DNA of 64,000 nt from NCBI GenBank assembly GCA_046719715.1, contig JBDNCJ010000001.1, positions 9,592-73,591 on the forward strand. Direction: 5' to 3'. The stretch comes from Chloroherpetonaceae bacterium (GTDB lineage Bacteria; Bacteroidota; Chlorobiia; Chlorobiales; Thermochlorobacteraceae). Of this stretch, positions 19,560 through 28,683 are shown one piece after another. The translations under genes were made by a program, and so were the position numbers. The notes below the pieces were generated by a model. The model did not search any database, was not told the origin of the DNA, and worked only from the letters and a program-made list of their open reading frames with translations. How positions within the stretch are numbered: position 1 is the first letter of the stretch; each line of letters begins with the position of its first letter.

Positions 19560-20999
19560 TTAGTTAGAGTTCACATTTAAGAATCTTCCACGAATCGCAA
19601 GTCCAAAGGTGAGATTTTTAACGGTGCTGGGCGCAAGCGGTGAAAAAATGTTGCCGATGTTGAGGTCAATGGCGAGATTTTTTTGGTCGTAGCCGAGTCC
19701 AAACGCCCATGCGAAGCCTTGTCTGCCGCCGAGTTGAATGCCGGTGCGAATCGGCATAGCACGAATCGGACGAATTTCTCCGCCGACGCCGAGAATCGGA
19801 ACGCCAGTATTTCCGAAATTATTATTGAAGCCTTGCACATAGTCGACAGTGAGCGCGGCGGGAAAATTCCATCGGTCATCGAAAAGCATGACGAAGCCGA
19901 TGCGAAGATGTGTAGGCAGAGCGCGTGTGAAGCCGTCAGTAGTTCGAGTTTGTGCGCGCACACCGTCGGCGATGCTGTCTAATTGATTTTTATTCGCTTC
20001 GCCGCTGATGGGGTCGTTCAAGCCTGTGAAGATGATGGTGGTATCCGCCGTTTTGAGGAGTGTATTGTCGCCAAACGAAACGAAGCCGAGATTGTTGAGC
20101 GAGACGGCGAAGGTCATGGTTTCGCGATAGTTGAACGACATGCCTAAATCCACGCCAAGCCCGTTGCCAACGGATTGAGGAAAGAGAGAAAAGCTTTCGG
20201 TCGAGTTATTGTCTTGCAGTCGTCCGCGTGCGGCAGAGGTGGTGGTGTATCGGACGGTGGCGGCAAGGCTGTCGCCCGTCGGCGAGTGATAAATGCGGCT
20301 TTCGTCGTCAAGTTCGGCGAAGGCGTGCGCGGCAATCCACTTCAAACTGGCGCCGAATTTGATACTTTCAATCGGGCGCAGGCTTCGGGAGCGGAATGAC
20401 GTGGCGAACTCGCGTGCGTAAGAGAGCGCGTATTCGCGATACCAATAAGCGTTTGAGGTGGTGTTGCGTCCACCCAAGTCGCGCCCCAAAAATCGCTCGT
20501 TGCCATAGAGCGCGTATTCCAAAAATTCTCGATTCAAAATTCCGCGCCCGCCGAAGTGGTCGGTGATGTGCAACCCAAACGCGCCGACTTTGTCGTTGTG
20601 AAAATAACTTGCGCCCAAGAGCATCACACTGGCGCGACCGTTGATTTCAAATTCATCGTCGATGGCATCGAGTAGTTTGCGCTTGTCGTTGTCATTCCAC
20701 TCGGTTTTATCGCCCGAAACGCCGCGCGTTTCCTTGCCGAATAAGGAGTTGTAGAGATTAACATTAAGCGAATTGTTTTTGAGCATAAAGCCTGCGGGGA
20801 AAATCGTAACAGCGGCTTTTTGCTCGTAGTATTCGTAGGAAAGCAAACGAGAAGGATTGACGCCCAACGCAAGCACGCCCCCAATATACGCCGAGCCGCT
20901 GTTGCCCATTGAGCCAACGACGCTGTTTTCAGAGTTCGTCTGTGCATTGAGAAATGGACTAGAGAAAAAGCAGAGAGAGAGGAGTAGCGCGTTTCGCAT
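19560..20999 (-). CDS. Putative outer-membrane beta-barrel protein
   Basis: The internal ATG gives a signal peptide (LSLCFFSSPFLNAQ). The rest alternates Gly- and aromatic-rich beta-strand-like segments. I did not recognise the family. Confidence 0.45.
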   Translation of the reverse strand: MRNALLLSLCFFSSPFLNAQTNSENSVVGSMGNSGSAYIGGVLALGVNPSRLLSYEYYEQKAAVTIFPAGFMLKNNSLNVNLYNSLFGKETRGVSGDKTEWNDNDKRKLLDAIDDEFEINGRASVMLLGASYFHNDKVGAFGLHITDHFGGRGILNREFLEYALYGNERFLGRDLGGRNTTSNAYWYREYALSYAREFATSFRSRSLRPIESIKFGASLKWIAAHAFAELDDESRIYHSPTGDSLAATVRYTTTSAARGRLQDNNSTESFSLFPQSVGNGLGVDLGMSFNYRETMTFAVSLNNLGFVSFGDNTLLKTADTTIIFTGLNDPISGEANKNQLDSIADGVRAQTRTTDGFTRALPTHLRIGFVMLFDDRWNFPAALTVDYVQGFNNNFGNTGVPILGVGGEIRPIRAMPIRTGIQLGGRQGFAWAFGLGYDQKNLAIDLNIGNIFSPLAPSTVKNLTFGLAIRGRFLNVNSN

Positions 21000-21064
21000 G
21001 AGATGGTTCGTTTGGTCGTTATGTTTTTTCAAACTTCTTAAAATCCTTCGTCTGATTTCAGGTT

Positions 21065-22057
21065 TCACCTAATCCCGATAGCGGCAACCATCATGGATAT
21101 CACATAAAGGAGCGTTCCGAAAGAATTATACCAGATGGCTTTTTCTTTGGGTTGTGTAATCAAAATGCGTTGCATCGGTTGCTGTGCGATAAGCAAGAGA
21201 AGCCCAATCCCCGCCCAAATCCACGCGCCTTTGAAGGCGATAATGGCAATCGCGACGGCTTGTGCCGTGTTCATCACAACGGCGGCGAGAATGGCGGCGT
21301 TCTTTTCTCCGAGTTGAACAGGAATGGAACGCACGTTGCGAATTTTATCACCAACCACAGATTTGAAATCGTTCAGCGTCATGATGCCGTGCGCACCCAA
21401 TGAGAAAACGACAGCGAGCCAAATTGATTCGCTTGACGGAATGCCTTTTGTCAGCGCGAAACTGCCCGTCAGCCATGCAACGCCTTCGTAAGCCAATCCG
21501 ACAATTAAGTTTCCATACCAGCCGTTTTGCTTGGCGCGGAGCGGCGGACCGGAATACATGTGCGACATCAGCACGCCTGCAAACGAAATCCAAAGCACGT
21601 AAGGGTGAATCCAATATGATAAAGCGAATGCCGCGCCGATGAGCGCGAAGGTGATAATCCAACTTGCATCTTTAGAAATTTGCCCCGATGGAATCGGTCG
21701 ATACGGCTCGTTTATCGCGTCGACTTCGCGGTCGAAGTAATCGTTCATTGTTTGCGACATCGCGCACATCAGCGGACCTGCTAAAATCAACCCCGCAACC
21801 AAGATGAGCCAATTTTCCGAAAGGCTTTCACCCGTTGAAATCGCACCGCATAAAAACGCCCACATCGGCGGAAACCACGTCACCGGCTTCATGAGTTTGA
21901 CGATTGCCTTTGCCTCGATGTAAAAACCCTTGCGATTGACGTTTTCCAACGCTTGCAAAATCGCTTGGCGGCGGATTTCATCTGTCTCAACTTGCAGCAG
22001 CGTTTCGGCTATTGCATTTTCCGTTGAGCGTGGGTGCGTTTCGTTCAGAATGTTCAT
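21065..22057 (-). CDS. (Bacterio)chlorophyll synthase, UbiA prenyltransferase family (ChlG/BchG/BchK; paralog not resolved)
   Basis: Signature NDYFDREVDAINEPYRPIPSG and about 8-9 TM helices. I chose the ATG at 22057, which has an AAGGA upstream, over the GTG at 22084. Confidence 0.85.
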   Translation of the reverse strand: MNILNETHPRSTENAIAETLLQVETDEIRRQAILQALENVNRKGFYIEAKAIVKLMKPVTWFPPMWAFLCGAISTGESLSENWLILVAGLILAGPLMCAMSQTMNDYFDREVDAINEPYRPIPSGQISKDASWIITFALIGAAFALSYWIHPYVLWISFAGVLMSHMYSGPPLRAKQNGWYGNLIVGLAYEGVAWLTGSFALTKGIPSSESIWLAVVFSLGAHGIMTLNDFKSVVGDKIRNVRSIPVQLGEKNAAILAAVVMNTAQAVAIAIIAFKGAWIWAGIGLLLLIAQQPMQRILITQPKEKAIWYNSFGTLLYVISMMVAAIGIR

Positions 22058-22218
22058 AACAAAAATTCCTTTTTCAATCTGCACTTAAAATAACGCCTTT
22101 CGGGTCGTTTCGGAAATTCCACAATGTAAAAGTTTGTGCCCGAATTGGATAAGCGGCATTTTGTATCTTCGCACGCTCAAAACCATTATCTCAAAATCGT
22201 TGATACGCCTTACTGACA

Positions 22219-22707
22219 ATGAGCGAAGACTTTGTGATTCGTAAAATCAAGCCTGAAGACAATCCCACAATCGCCCGCATTATTCGAACCGTGATGCCGC
22301 AATTCGGCGCAAGCGGCGACGGCTTCGCCATCAAGGACGCAGAAGTCGATACGATGTATGAAGCCTATTCTCAACCGCGAAGTATTTATCTCGTCGTCGA
22401 GCACGGCGGCGTGGTCATCGGCGGCGGCGGAATCGCGCCCTTGCAAGGCGGAGATGAACACACATGCGAACTGAAAAAAATGTATTTCTTGGAAGAAGGG
22501 CGCGGCAAAGGAATTGGACAAGCCCTGCTCAATCGATGCTTATCGGCGGCGGCGGTCTTCGGCTACAAAACTTGTTACTTGGAAACCCTTGAACGAATGG
22601 GCGCGGCACGCAAACTCTACGAGAAAAACGGATTCATTCGTCTCACGAAACCGATGGGAAACACCGGACACTACGGGTGCGACCGCTATTACGCAAAGCC
22701 TCTTTAA
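22219..22707 (+). CDS. GNAT-family N-acetyltransferase
   Basis: Acetyl-CoA motif GRGKGIGQALL and a YEKNGF tail. Confidence 0.85.
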   Translation: MSEDFVIRKIKPEDNPTIARIIRTVMPQFGASGDGFAIKDAEVDTMYEAYSQPRSIYLVVEHGGVVIGGGGIAPLQGGDEHTCELKKMYFLEEGRGKGIGQALLNRCLSAAAVFGYKTCYLETLERMGAARKLYEKNGFIRLTKPMGNTGHYGCDRYYAKPL

Positions 22708-22768
22708 CGGCAGGAATTGACGACGCTTTTTTGAACGATTGATATTCAACAACAAATTCTCTTTCATC

Positions 22769-23155
22769 ATGACGAATCCGAAAAACGTGCTTGGCGGCAA
22801 ATTGGAATGCTGTTGCACCAATCCAATGACGGGCTTTTTCCGAGACGGCTTTTGCCGCACCGACGAACACGACCATGGGCGACATGTCGTTTGCGCTATT
22901 GTTACCGATGAGTTTCTCAAATTCTCTCGTGCGATGGGCAACGACCTCATCACGCCGCGAGCAGAATATCGCTTTCCCGGTCTCAAACATGGCGACAAGT
23001 GGTGCTTGTGCGCCATTCGTTGGAAAGAAGCCTTCGATGCCGGCGTTGCGCCGAAAGTCATGCTCAAATCGACGCACGAGGCGGCACTGCGCTACGTCTC
23101 GCTTAAAGCGTTGCAACTCCACGCCGTTGATGCGGAAGAGACGAAAAACGAATAG
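22769..23155 (+). CDS. DUF2237-family protein
   Basis: The blocks NVLGGKLE.CC..PMTGFFRDG.C.T...D.G.H.VCA and GD.WCLC are the conserved DUF2237 pattern. Confidence 0.8.
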   Translation: MTNPKNVLGGKLECCCTNPMTGFFRDGFCRTDEHDHGRHVVCAIVTDEFLKFSRAMGNDLITPRAEYRFPGLKHGDKWCLCAIRWKEAFDAGVAPKVMLKSTHEAALRYVSLKALQLHAVDAEETKNE

Positions 23156-23157
23156 GC

Positions 23158-24453
23158 TTAAACGTCTTCACGCGGATTGAGCCGCACGCGAATGGCTTCG
23201 GCGTGCGCTTGCAGGTGTTCCGCGTCGGCAAAGTAGGCGATGTCGTCACCGGTTTTCATCAGCCGCGTCTTGGTGTATGAAATAATCGAGGTGCGTTTGA
23301 GAAAATCTTTTGTGGAGAGCGGAGAGAAAAATCGCGCCGTGCCGCTCGTGGGCAAAGTGTGATTCGGACCGGCAAAGTAATCGCCGACGGGTTCAGAGGA
23401 ATACGCGCCCAAGAAAATCGCGCCAGCATGTTTCAACTTCGGCAAGAGTTCAAACGGATTTCGCGTTTGCACTTCCAAATGTTCGGGTGCGAGGCAATTT
23501 GCAACCTGACACGCTTCATCTAAATCGCTGGTTAAAATAATGGCGGCGTGATTCGTAATCGCCGATTCAATAACGGCTTTGCGAGACAGGCGCGGAAGGC
23601 GACGTTGGGCTTCGGCTTGAACTTGCTCAGCTAATTCGTGAGAAGGCGTAATCAAAACGGCGGAAGCCATCTCGTCATGCTCGGCTTGCGAAAAAAGGTC
23701 GAGCGTAATGAAGGCGGGGTTGGCGTCGCCGTCAGCAATCACGGCGATTTCGCTCGGTCCAGCGATGCTGTCGATAGAGACCTCGCCAAACGCTAAACGC
23801 TTTGCCATCGCCACATATTGATTGCCCGGTCCGGTGATTTTATCGACCTTTGGGCAGGTTTCTGTTCCAAAAGCAAAGGCAGCAATAGCCTGCGCGCCCC
23901 CGAGTTTGAACACATCTTGAACGCCTACCACTTGCGCCGCCAGCAAAATGTTCGGGTGAATCCGACCGTCCTTATTGCACGGCGAGGTGAGATACATTTC
24001 TGAAACGCCCGCCACTTTTGCTGGAATCACATTCATCAAAACCGAAGAGGGATAAACGGCTTTGCCGCCCGGCACATAAAAGAGCGCGCGCTCAATCGGC
24101 GTAACTTTCTGACCAATCAAGACGCCATCGCCATCTTCATAAAAAAAACTTCTATCCAATTCATGTTGGTGAAAGCATGTGATGTTCGCCGCCGCTTGTT
24201 CTAAAATGCGAAGCAACTTTTTATCGGCGTTTTTGAAGGCGTCGTTGAGTTCATCTTGCGAAACGCGAAACGATGAAAGTCGTGCGCCATCGAATTGTTC
24301 GGTGTATCGCCGCACGGCGTCGTCGCCGTTTGCTTTTACATCGGCGAAAATAGACTTGACGGTGGATTCTACCGACGCATCGAGCGCGTGGCGGCGCAGA
24401 AGAAAAGCGTTCAGAGTAGCGGAGTCTTGCTTGTAGTCAATAACTTTGAACAC
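23158..24453 (-). CDS. hisD: Histidinol dehydrogenase
   Basis: Blocks SIDSIAGPSE, FSQAEHD and PEHLE. A GTG start at 24453 gives a typical length of about 431 aa. The track start at 24558 is a TTG and adds an implausible N-terminus. Confidence 0.9.
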   Translation of the reverse strand: MFKVIDYKQDSATLNAFLLRRHALDASVESTVKSIFADVKANGDDAVRRYTEQFDGARLSSFRVSQDELNDAFKNADKKLLRILEQAAANITCFHQHELDRSFFYEDGDGVLIGQKVTPIERALFYVPGGKAVYPSSVLMNVIPAKVAGVSEMYLTSPCNKDGRIHPNILLAAQVVGVQDVFKLGGAQAIAAFAFGTETCPKVDKITGPGNQYVAMAKRLAFGEVSIDSIAGPSEIAVIADGDANPAFITLDLFSQAEHDEMASAVLITPSHELAEQVQAEAQRRLPRLSRKAVIESAITNHAAIILTSDLDEACQVANCLAPEHLEVQTRNPFELLPKLKHAGAIFLGAYSSEPVGDYFAGPNHTLPTSGTARFFSPLSTKDFLKRTSIISYTKTRLMKTGDDIAYFADAEHLQAHAEAIRVRLNPREDV

Positions 24454-24588
24454 GGACGAAAATTTGAAGTAAATGTTGAAGCGAGAAGAATGTAATGAAA
24501 CAATCGCAAACAATGCGCGTTTCTCGATGAAGCATATATGCCGACATGCATCACGCAAAGCCTATTCAATAAAAATTCGTTTCAAATT

Positions 24589-25275
24589 ATGAACGCACAA
24601 CTACTTTCAGGAAGACTTTGGGTCGGGGTTCTCTTCATTGTTGTAGGTGTTCTTGTCTTTTTAGACCAACTACATCTCATCAAGTTTTGGCAACTGTTTT
24701 CTACGTGGTGGCCGCTTCTGCTCTTGGGCTTGGGGCTGACGAAATTGATTGCGCGTAGCGGTTCGCCAGGCGTTGCCATTCTCTTGCTTTCTCTCGGCGC
24801 GATTCTTCAACTACAACGCTTGCAAATTCTCGATATCGACCTTATTTCGCTCATTCTTCCGCTCGCGCTCATTTTCGGCGGCGCTGCCATCCTTTTGTCA
24901 AAAGTGCGACAAATTGGAACGGATTCAACGAATAGGCTGAACTATTATGCCGTATTAGGAGGCTCGACCCAGCGCATTTCATCGAGCAACTTTCAGGGTG
25001 GAAGCGTAACGGCAGTGCTCGGCGGCGTTGAAATCGATTTGCGGGACGCCGTCTTGCTTTCAACGGCGACATTGGAAGTAACAGCCGTGCTTGGCGGCGT
25101 TGAAGTGCGTGTCCCTGCCCACTGGCAAGTGGAAGTCTCTGGAACGCCCGTCATGGGTGGGATTGAAAACCGACGTCCAGAAAACAAATTGGCGAACGTC
25201 TCCGCACCGCTTGACGCGCCGATACTGCGCATCAACGCAACTGCCGTATTCGGCGGAATCGAAATTCATACTTAA
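24589..25275 (+). CDS. LiaF-like membrane protein (cell-envelope stress family)
   Basis: N-terminal TM helices plus repeated VLGGVEIDL / VLGGVEVRV / VFGGIEI beta-repeats, as in LiaF C-domains. Confidence 0.55.
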   Translation: MNAQLLSGRLWVGVLFIVVGVLVFLDQLHLIKFWQLFSTWWPLLLLGLGLTKLIARSGSPGVAILLLSLGAILQLQRLQILDIDLISLILPLALIFGGAAILLSKVRQIGTDSTNRLNYYAVLGGSTQRISSSNFQGGSVTAVLGGVEIDLRDAVLLSTATLEVTAVLGGVEVRVPAHWQVEVSGTPVMGGIENRRPENKLANVSAPLDAPILRINATAVFGGIEIHT

Positions 25276-25316
25276 CTTATTTTGACTTCAGTCGCATCAT
25301 CAACGCTCAACGCACC

Positions 25317-27371
25317 TTGATTGTGAAGCACGCGCTAACCGCATTCCTTTGCCTTATTTCTTCTACAACACTTGCGCAAGCAATTTCAACAGAATTTTTC
25401 AAGCATGATTTCATTGAGATAAAACGATTTGCCGATGAACGTAACGCCCAAGCCCTCGTTCAATCTTTTGGCAGAAACGACGCGCTTGACGAGGCGATTT
25501 TACTTGCACTCGGAAGCGTTCAAGACGACGCGGTGGCGGAAGCGATTGCAGAAAGGCTCAGCGCGGCGTCGGAAAAGGTGCGTCTCGCCGCATGCTTTGC
25601 GTTAGGGCAAACCTTGCGCGATTCTCCGAAAGCAACCCGCTTTGAACCCATCGTGATGGAGCGCATCACGACGGAAAAGAATCGGCGCGTGAAGTCGGCG
25701 TTGATAATCGCGCTGGGTGCGTTTGGAACGCGAGCCGCTCTGGACGAAGTGGCGCGACTTTCCTTCAAAGAAACCGCCCTGCAAGAGGCACAAGCCGAAG
25801 CGATTGCACGTTTCGCCGTGCGACAAATTTTTTCCGGCAACGGCGTAGAAACCCTTGCCAAACTTTACAAGCCAAAGTCGCGCGGAATGAACTGGTGCAT
25901 TTACGCATTGGCGCGCATTCCCGACGGCGCGTTGCTTTCGGGAAAAACGGCACTGTTGCGCCGTGCATCAGAGTCGCCGAATGCCGACGAGCGAATGTTT
26001 GCTGTCATGGCATTAAGCCGCGTGCGTTCAGAAGAAAGTTTTATCACAATTGCTCGCGCCTTGCGCGATGAAGATTGGCGCGTCGTTGTAAATGCCATTC
26101 GCGCCTTACAAGGCTTTGCAATGATGGACGCACCCACACAAGAAAAAGTCATCACAGAGTTGCTCGCGCTTCTTTCATCGCCGAATTACCACATTGCGCG
26201 CACTTCGTTGGAAACACTCGCTCGCATCAGATACTTGAACCCAACCGACGCCGAGCGGCGCGTTGCTCCCGCAATTGGCGCGCTCACGCGGGCAAATTCA
26301 CCTGACCTGTCGGCAACTGCTATGCGCACGCTTGCCCAAGCCTTTCCAACTATGGCTCTCTCTTACCTTTACGACCTTAAAACTCGCGGCGATACTTCGC
26401 TTGCTTTTTTAGAAGTCGTCGGGCTTGTTGCCGAGAAGGAGCGATTCGTGCGCGAAGAGTTGTTCGCCATTTTGTTGCAAGCACTTTCTCAAAAAAATTC
26501 CAAACGTGCAACTGCGACATCGGAATCCCTCATCAAAATTTGGAAGCTCGCACCGAGCGACACGCGCCTCGAATCTGCTTTGCTTTCCGCCTTGAACTTT
26601 CATAGCGATTTGGGAAACAGTGCCGTCGTGCAGGTGATTGCATCGGGACTTTCGGATTCGCTTTTTTTCAAACAACAATACTCACAAGCGCTTTTAGACG
26701 CGCTCTCTCGCTTCAAATCGTCAGATAACGCCGAAACCATCATCGCTCTGCTCGACGCGCTCCAAGCAAGCCGCGCGGATTCTGTTGCGAAGAAAATTGA
26801 ACCCTATTTAAGCGATGAAAACAATGCTGTGCGGCGGAAGGCGGCGCAAGTGATTGAAAAGATAACGGGCGTCAAGCATCAGATTTCTCAAACCAACCAA
26901 GCCAAGTCGTCCTATAACTTGGAGGACTTCACGCGCTTGAAGAACAATCCGATTGCTGTTGTAGCGACGCAATACGGCGAAATCGAGGTCGAGTTGTTTT
27001 TGAACGAAACGCCTTTGACGGTCATGAATTTTGTAACGCTTGCGGAGCGTAAGTTTTTTGATGGGCTTGTATTTCACCGCGTTGTTTCAAACTTTGTTGT
27101 GCAAGGTGGCGACCCCAAAGGCGACGGCACGGGCGGCGCGGAGCAAACGATTCGCTCGGAATTTTCGCCTCGAAGTTTTGAGCGCGGAATGCTCGGCATG
27201 GCATCGGCGGGAAAAGACACAGAAAGTTCACAGTGGTTTGTAATGCATTCGCATCAGCCGCATTTGGACGGACGATATACGCTGTTCGGCAAGGTGTTGC
27301 GCGGAATGGACGTCGTAAATCGGCTGGAACAGGGCGACGCGATGCACACTGTCAGAATCAAAATGAAGTAG
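25317..27371 (+). CDS. Secreted HEAT-repeat protein fused to a C-terminal cyclophilin-type peptidyl-prolyl isomerase
   Basis: TTG start and a signal peptide, then about 500 aa of HEAT-like repeats. The last ~165 aa carry the cyclophilin blocks FHRVV.NFVVQGGDP.GDGTGG and SQWFV. Confidence 0.85.
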   Translation: MIVKHALTAFLCLISSTTLAQAISTEFFKHDFIEIKRFADERNAQALVQSFGRNDALDEAILLALGSVQDDAVAEAIAERLSAASEKVRLAACFALGQTLRDSPKATRFEPIVMERITTEKNRRVKSALIIALGAFGTRAALDEVARLSFKETALQEAQAEAIARFAVRQIFSGNGVETLAKLYKPKSRGMNWCIYALARIPDGALLSGKTALLRRASESPNADERMFAVMALSRVRSEESFITIARALRDEDWRVVVNAIRALQGFAMMDAPTQEKVITELLALLSSPNYHIARTSLETLARIRYLNPTDAERRVAPAIGALTRANSPDLSATAMRTLAQAFPTMALSYLYDLKTRGDTSLAFLEVVGLVAEKERFVREELFAILLQALSQKNSKRATATSESLIKIWKLAPSDTRLESALLSALNFHSDLGNSAVVQVIASGLSDSLFFKQQYSQALLDALSRFKSSDNAETIIALLDALQASRADSVAKKIEPYLSDENNAVRRKAAQVIEKITGVKHQISQTNQAKSSYNLEDFTRLKNNPIAVVATQYGEIEVELFLNETPLTVMNFVTLAERKFFDGLVFHRVVSNFVVQGGDPKGDGTGGAEQTIRSEFSPRSFERGMLGMASAGKDTESSQWFVMHSHQPHLDGRYTLFGKVLRGMDVVNRLEQGDAMHTVRIKMK

Positions 27372-27472
27372 GTAAAAAGACAAAACGGGCTTGCTTCGCC
27401 TTGAAAACTTCTCCCTGAAAGTTCTTTTGAACGGAATTTGAACGAATGGCGCTGAGCCGACTTCGGAATCAA

Positions 27473-28540
27473 TTAGTCTTCTCTGAAAAAGCTGCCGCGA
27501 CGCTCTTCGGTGCGACGGTTGGGAAACTCTTCGTCGGGTTCGTTTTTGCGGCGGTCTGGACTTGTTCGACGGTCTTTCACAATGCCTTTCAAGATATTTC
27601 CTTCCTTATCTGTAACGATGATGGGTTGACCCCAAAGTTCAATGGCGCGATTCTTACGTGAAACGGCAAGCAGATTGGCGACTGGGCTGAAGGCGATTCC
27701 GTAAAACTCACCGGCGACGCTGTCCATCAATTTGCCGGTTTGTGCGTCCCAAAGTTTTACCGTGCCTTCATTTTCAACTCGGCTGTAACTGGCTGAAACA
27801 ACAGCGTTTCCATTCGGCATCCACTCTAAAAATTCTACGCCGTTTTTGTGTCCATCAAGCGAGGTGATACAGGTACCGGTCGCCACGTCCCAAATTTTAA
27901 TCGTTCTATCCCAACTGGTGGAGGCAATCTTCGTGCCGTCGGGGCTGAATTTGGCGACGGTTACATTGTGTCCGTGCCCAGCAAGTTGTTTGATTTTCGT
28001 TTGCGAGGCGACGTTGAAAAGGTAGATGAGTTTATCTTGACAAGCGGTTGCGACCATTTTGCCGTCGGGGCTGAAATTCGCCCAATTGACGCCGTCGCTG
28101 TGTCCGGGAAATGCGCCCACGCGCTTTCCGTCGGTTACATTCCAAAGTTTGACGGTTTTATCGCTACTGGCGGAAACAATCGTTTTGCCGTCGGGGCTGA
28201 ACTCGGCGTGGTTGACGGCTTGTTTATGTGCCTTTATCGAGAAAAGGGTTTTACCGTTTTTCACGTCCCAAATGCGAACCATCTTGTCGCTACTCGCCGA
28301 TACGAGCAAAGATTTATCGGGGCTGAAAGAAACCGAATACACGTAAGTTCGCGCCGAGCCGCTCATCAACATCTGAATTTCTTCGCCGTTGTGCGGATTA
28401 TGAACTAAAATTTTCCAACTGGCAGACGCGAATCGCTCGCCATCGGCACTAAACACCATAGAATTGACGCGCAGAGAATGTCCAACTAAAGTTCGCAAAC
28501 GACTAACAGAATTGTCTGAATACGATTGTTGCATGGTCAA
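27473..28540 (-). CDS. Seven-bladed WD40 repeat protein with Arg-rich C-terminal tail
   Basis: Repeated GH...V....FSPDG....ASSD.T.K.W(D/N)V units, followed by a ~50-aa RR/E-rich tail. Confidence 0.85.
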   Translation of the reverse strand: MTMQQSYSDNSVSRLRTLVGHSLRVNSMVFSADGERFASASWKILVHNPHNGEEIQMLMSGSARTYVYSVSFSPDKSLLVSASSDKMVRIWDVKNGKTLFSIKAHKQAVNHAEFSPDGKTIVSASSDKTVKLWNVTDGKRVGAFPGHSDGVNWANFSPDGKMVATACQDKLIYLFNVASQTKIKQLAGHGHNVTVAKFSPDGTKIASTSWDRTIKIWDVATGTCITSLDGHKNGVEFLEWMPNGNAVVSASYSRVENEGTVKLWDAQTGKLMDSVAGEFYGIAFSPVANLLAVSRKNRAIELWGQPIIVTDKEGNILKGIVKDRRTSPDRRKNEPDEEFPNRRTEERRGSFFRED

Positions 28541-28683
28541 GCGAATTAGGGATAGTTTGTTATACTTGAACTCACAAATAAGTTATGACATTTGCTACGA
28601 CTTACCAAGTTTCTCCATGCGAATCGCAACCCATTTCAAGATTCGTCGTATTTTGACACACTTCTTTTACAGACCGCTCATCA

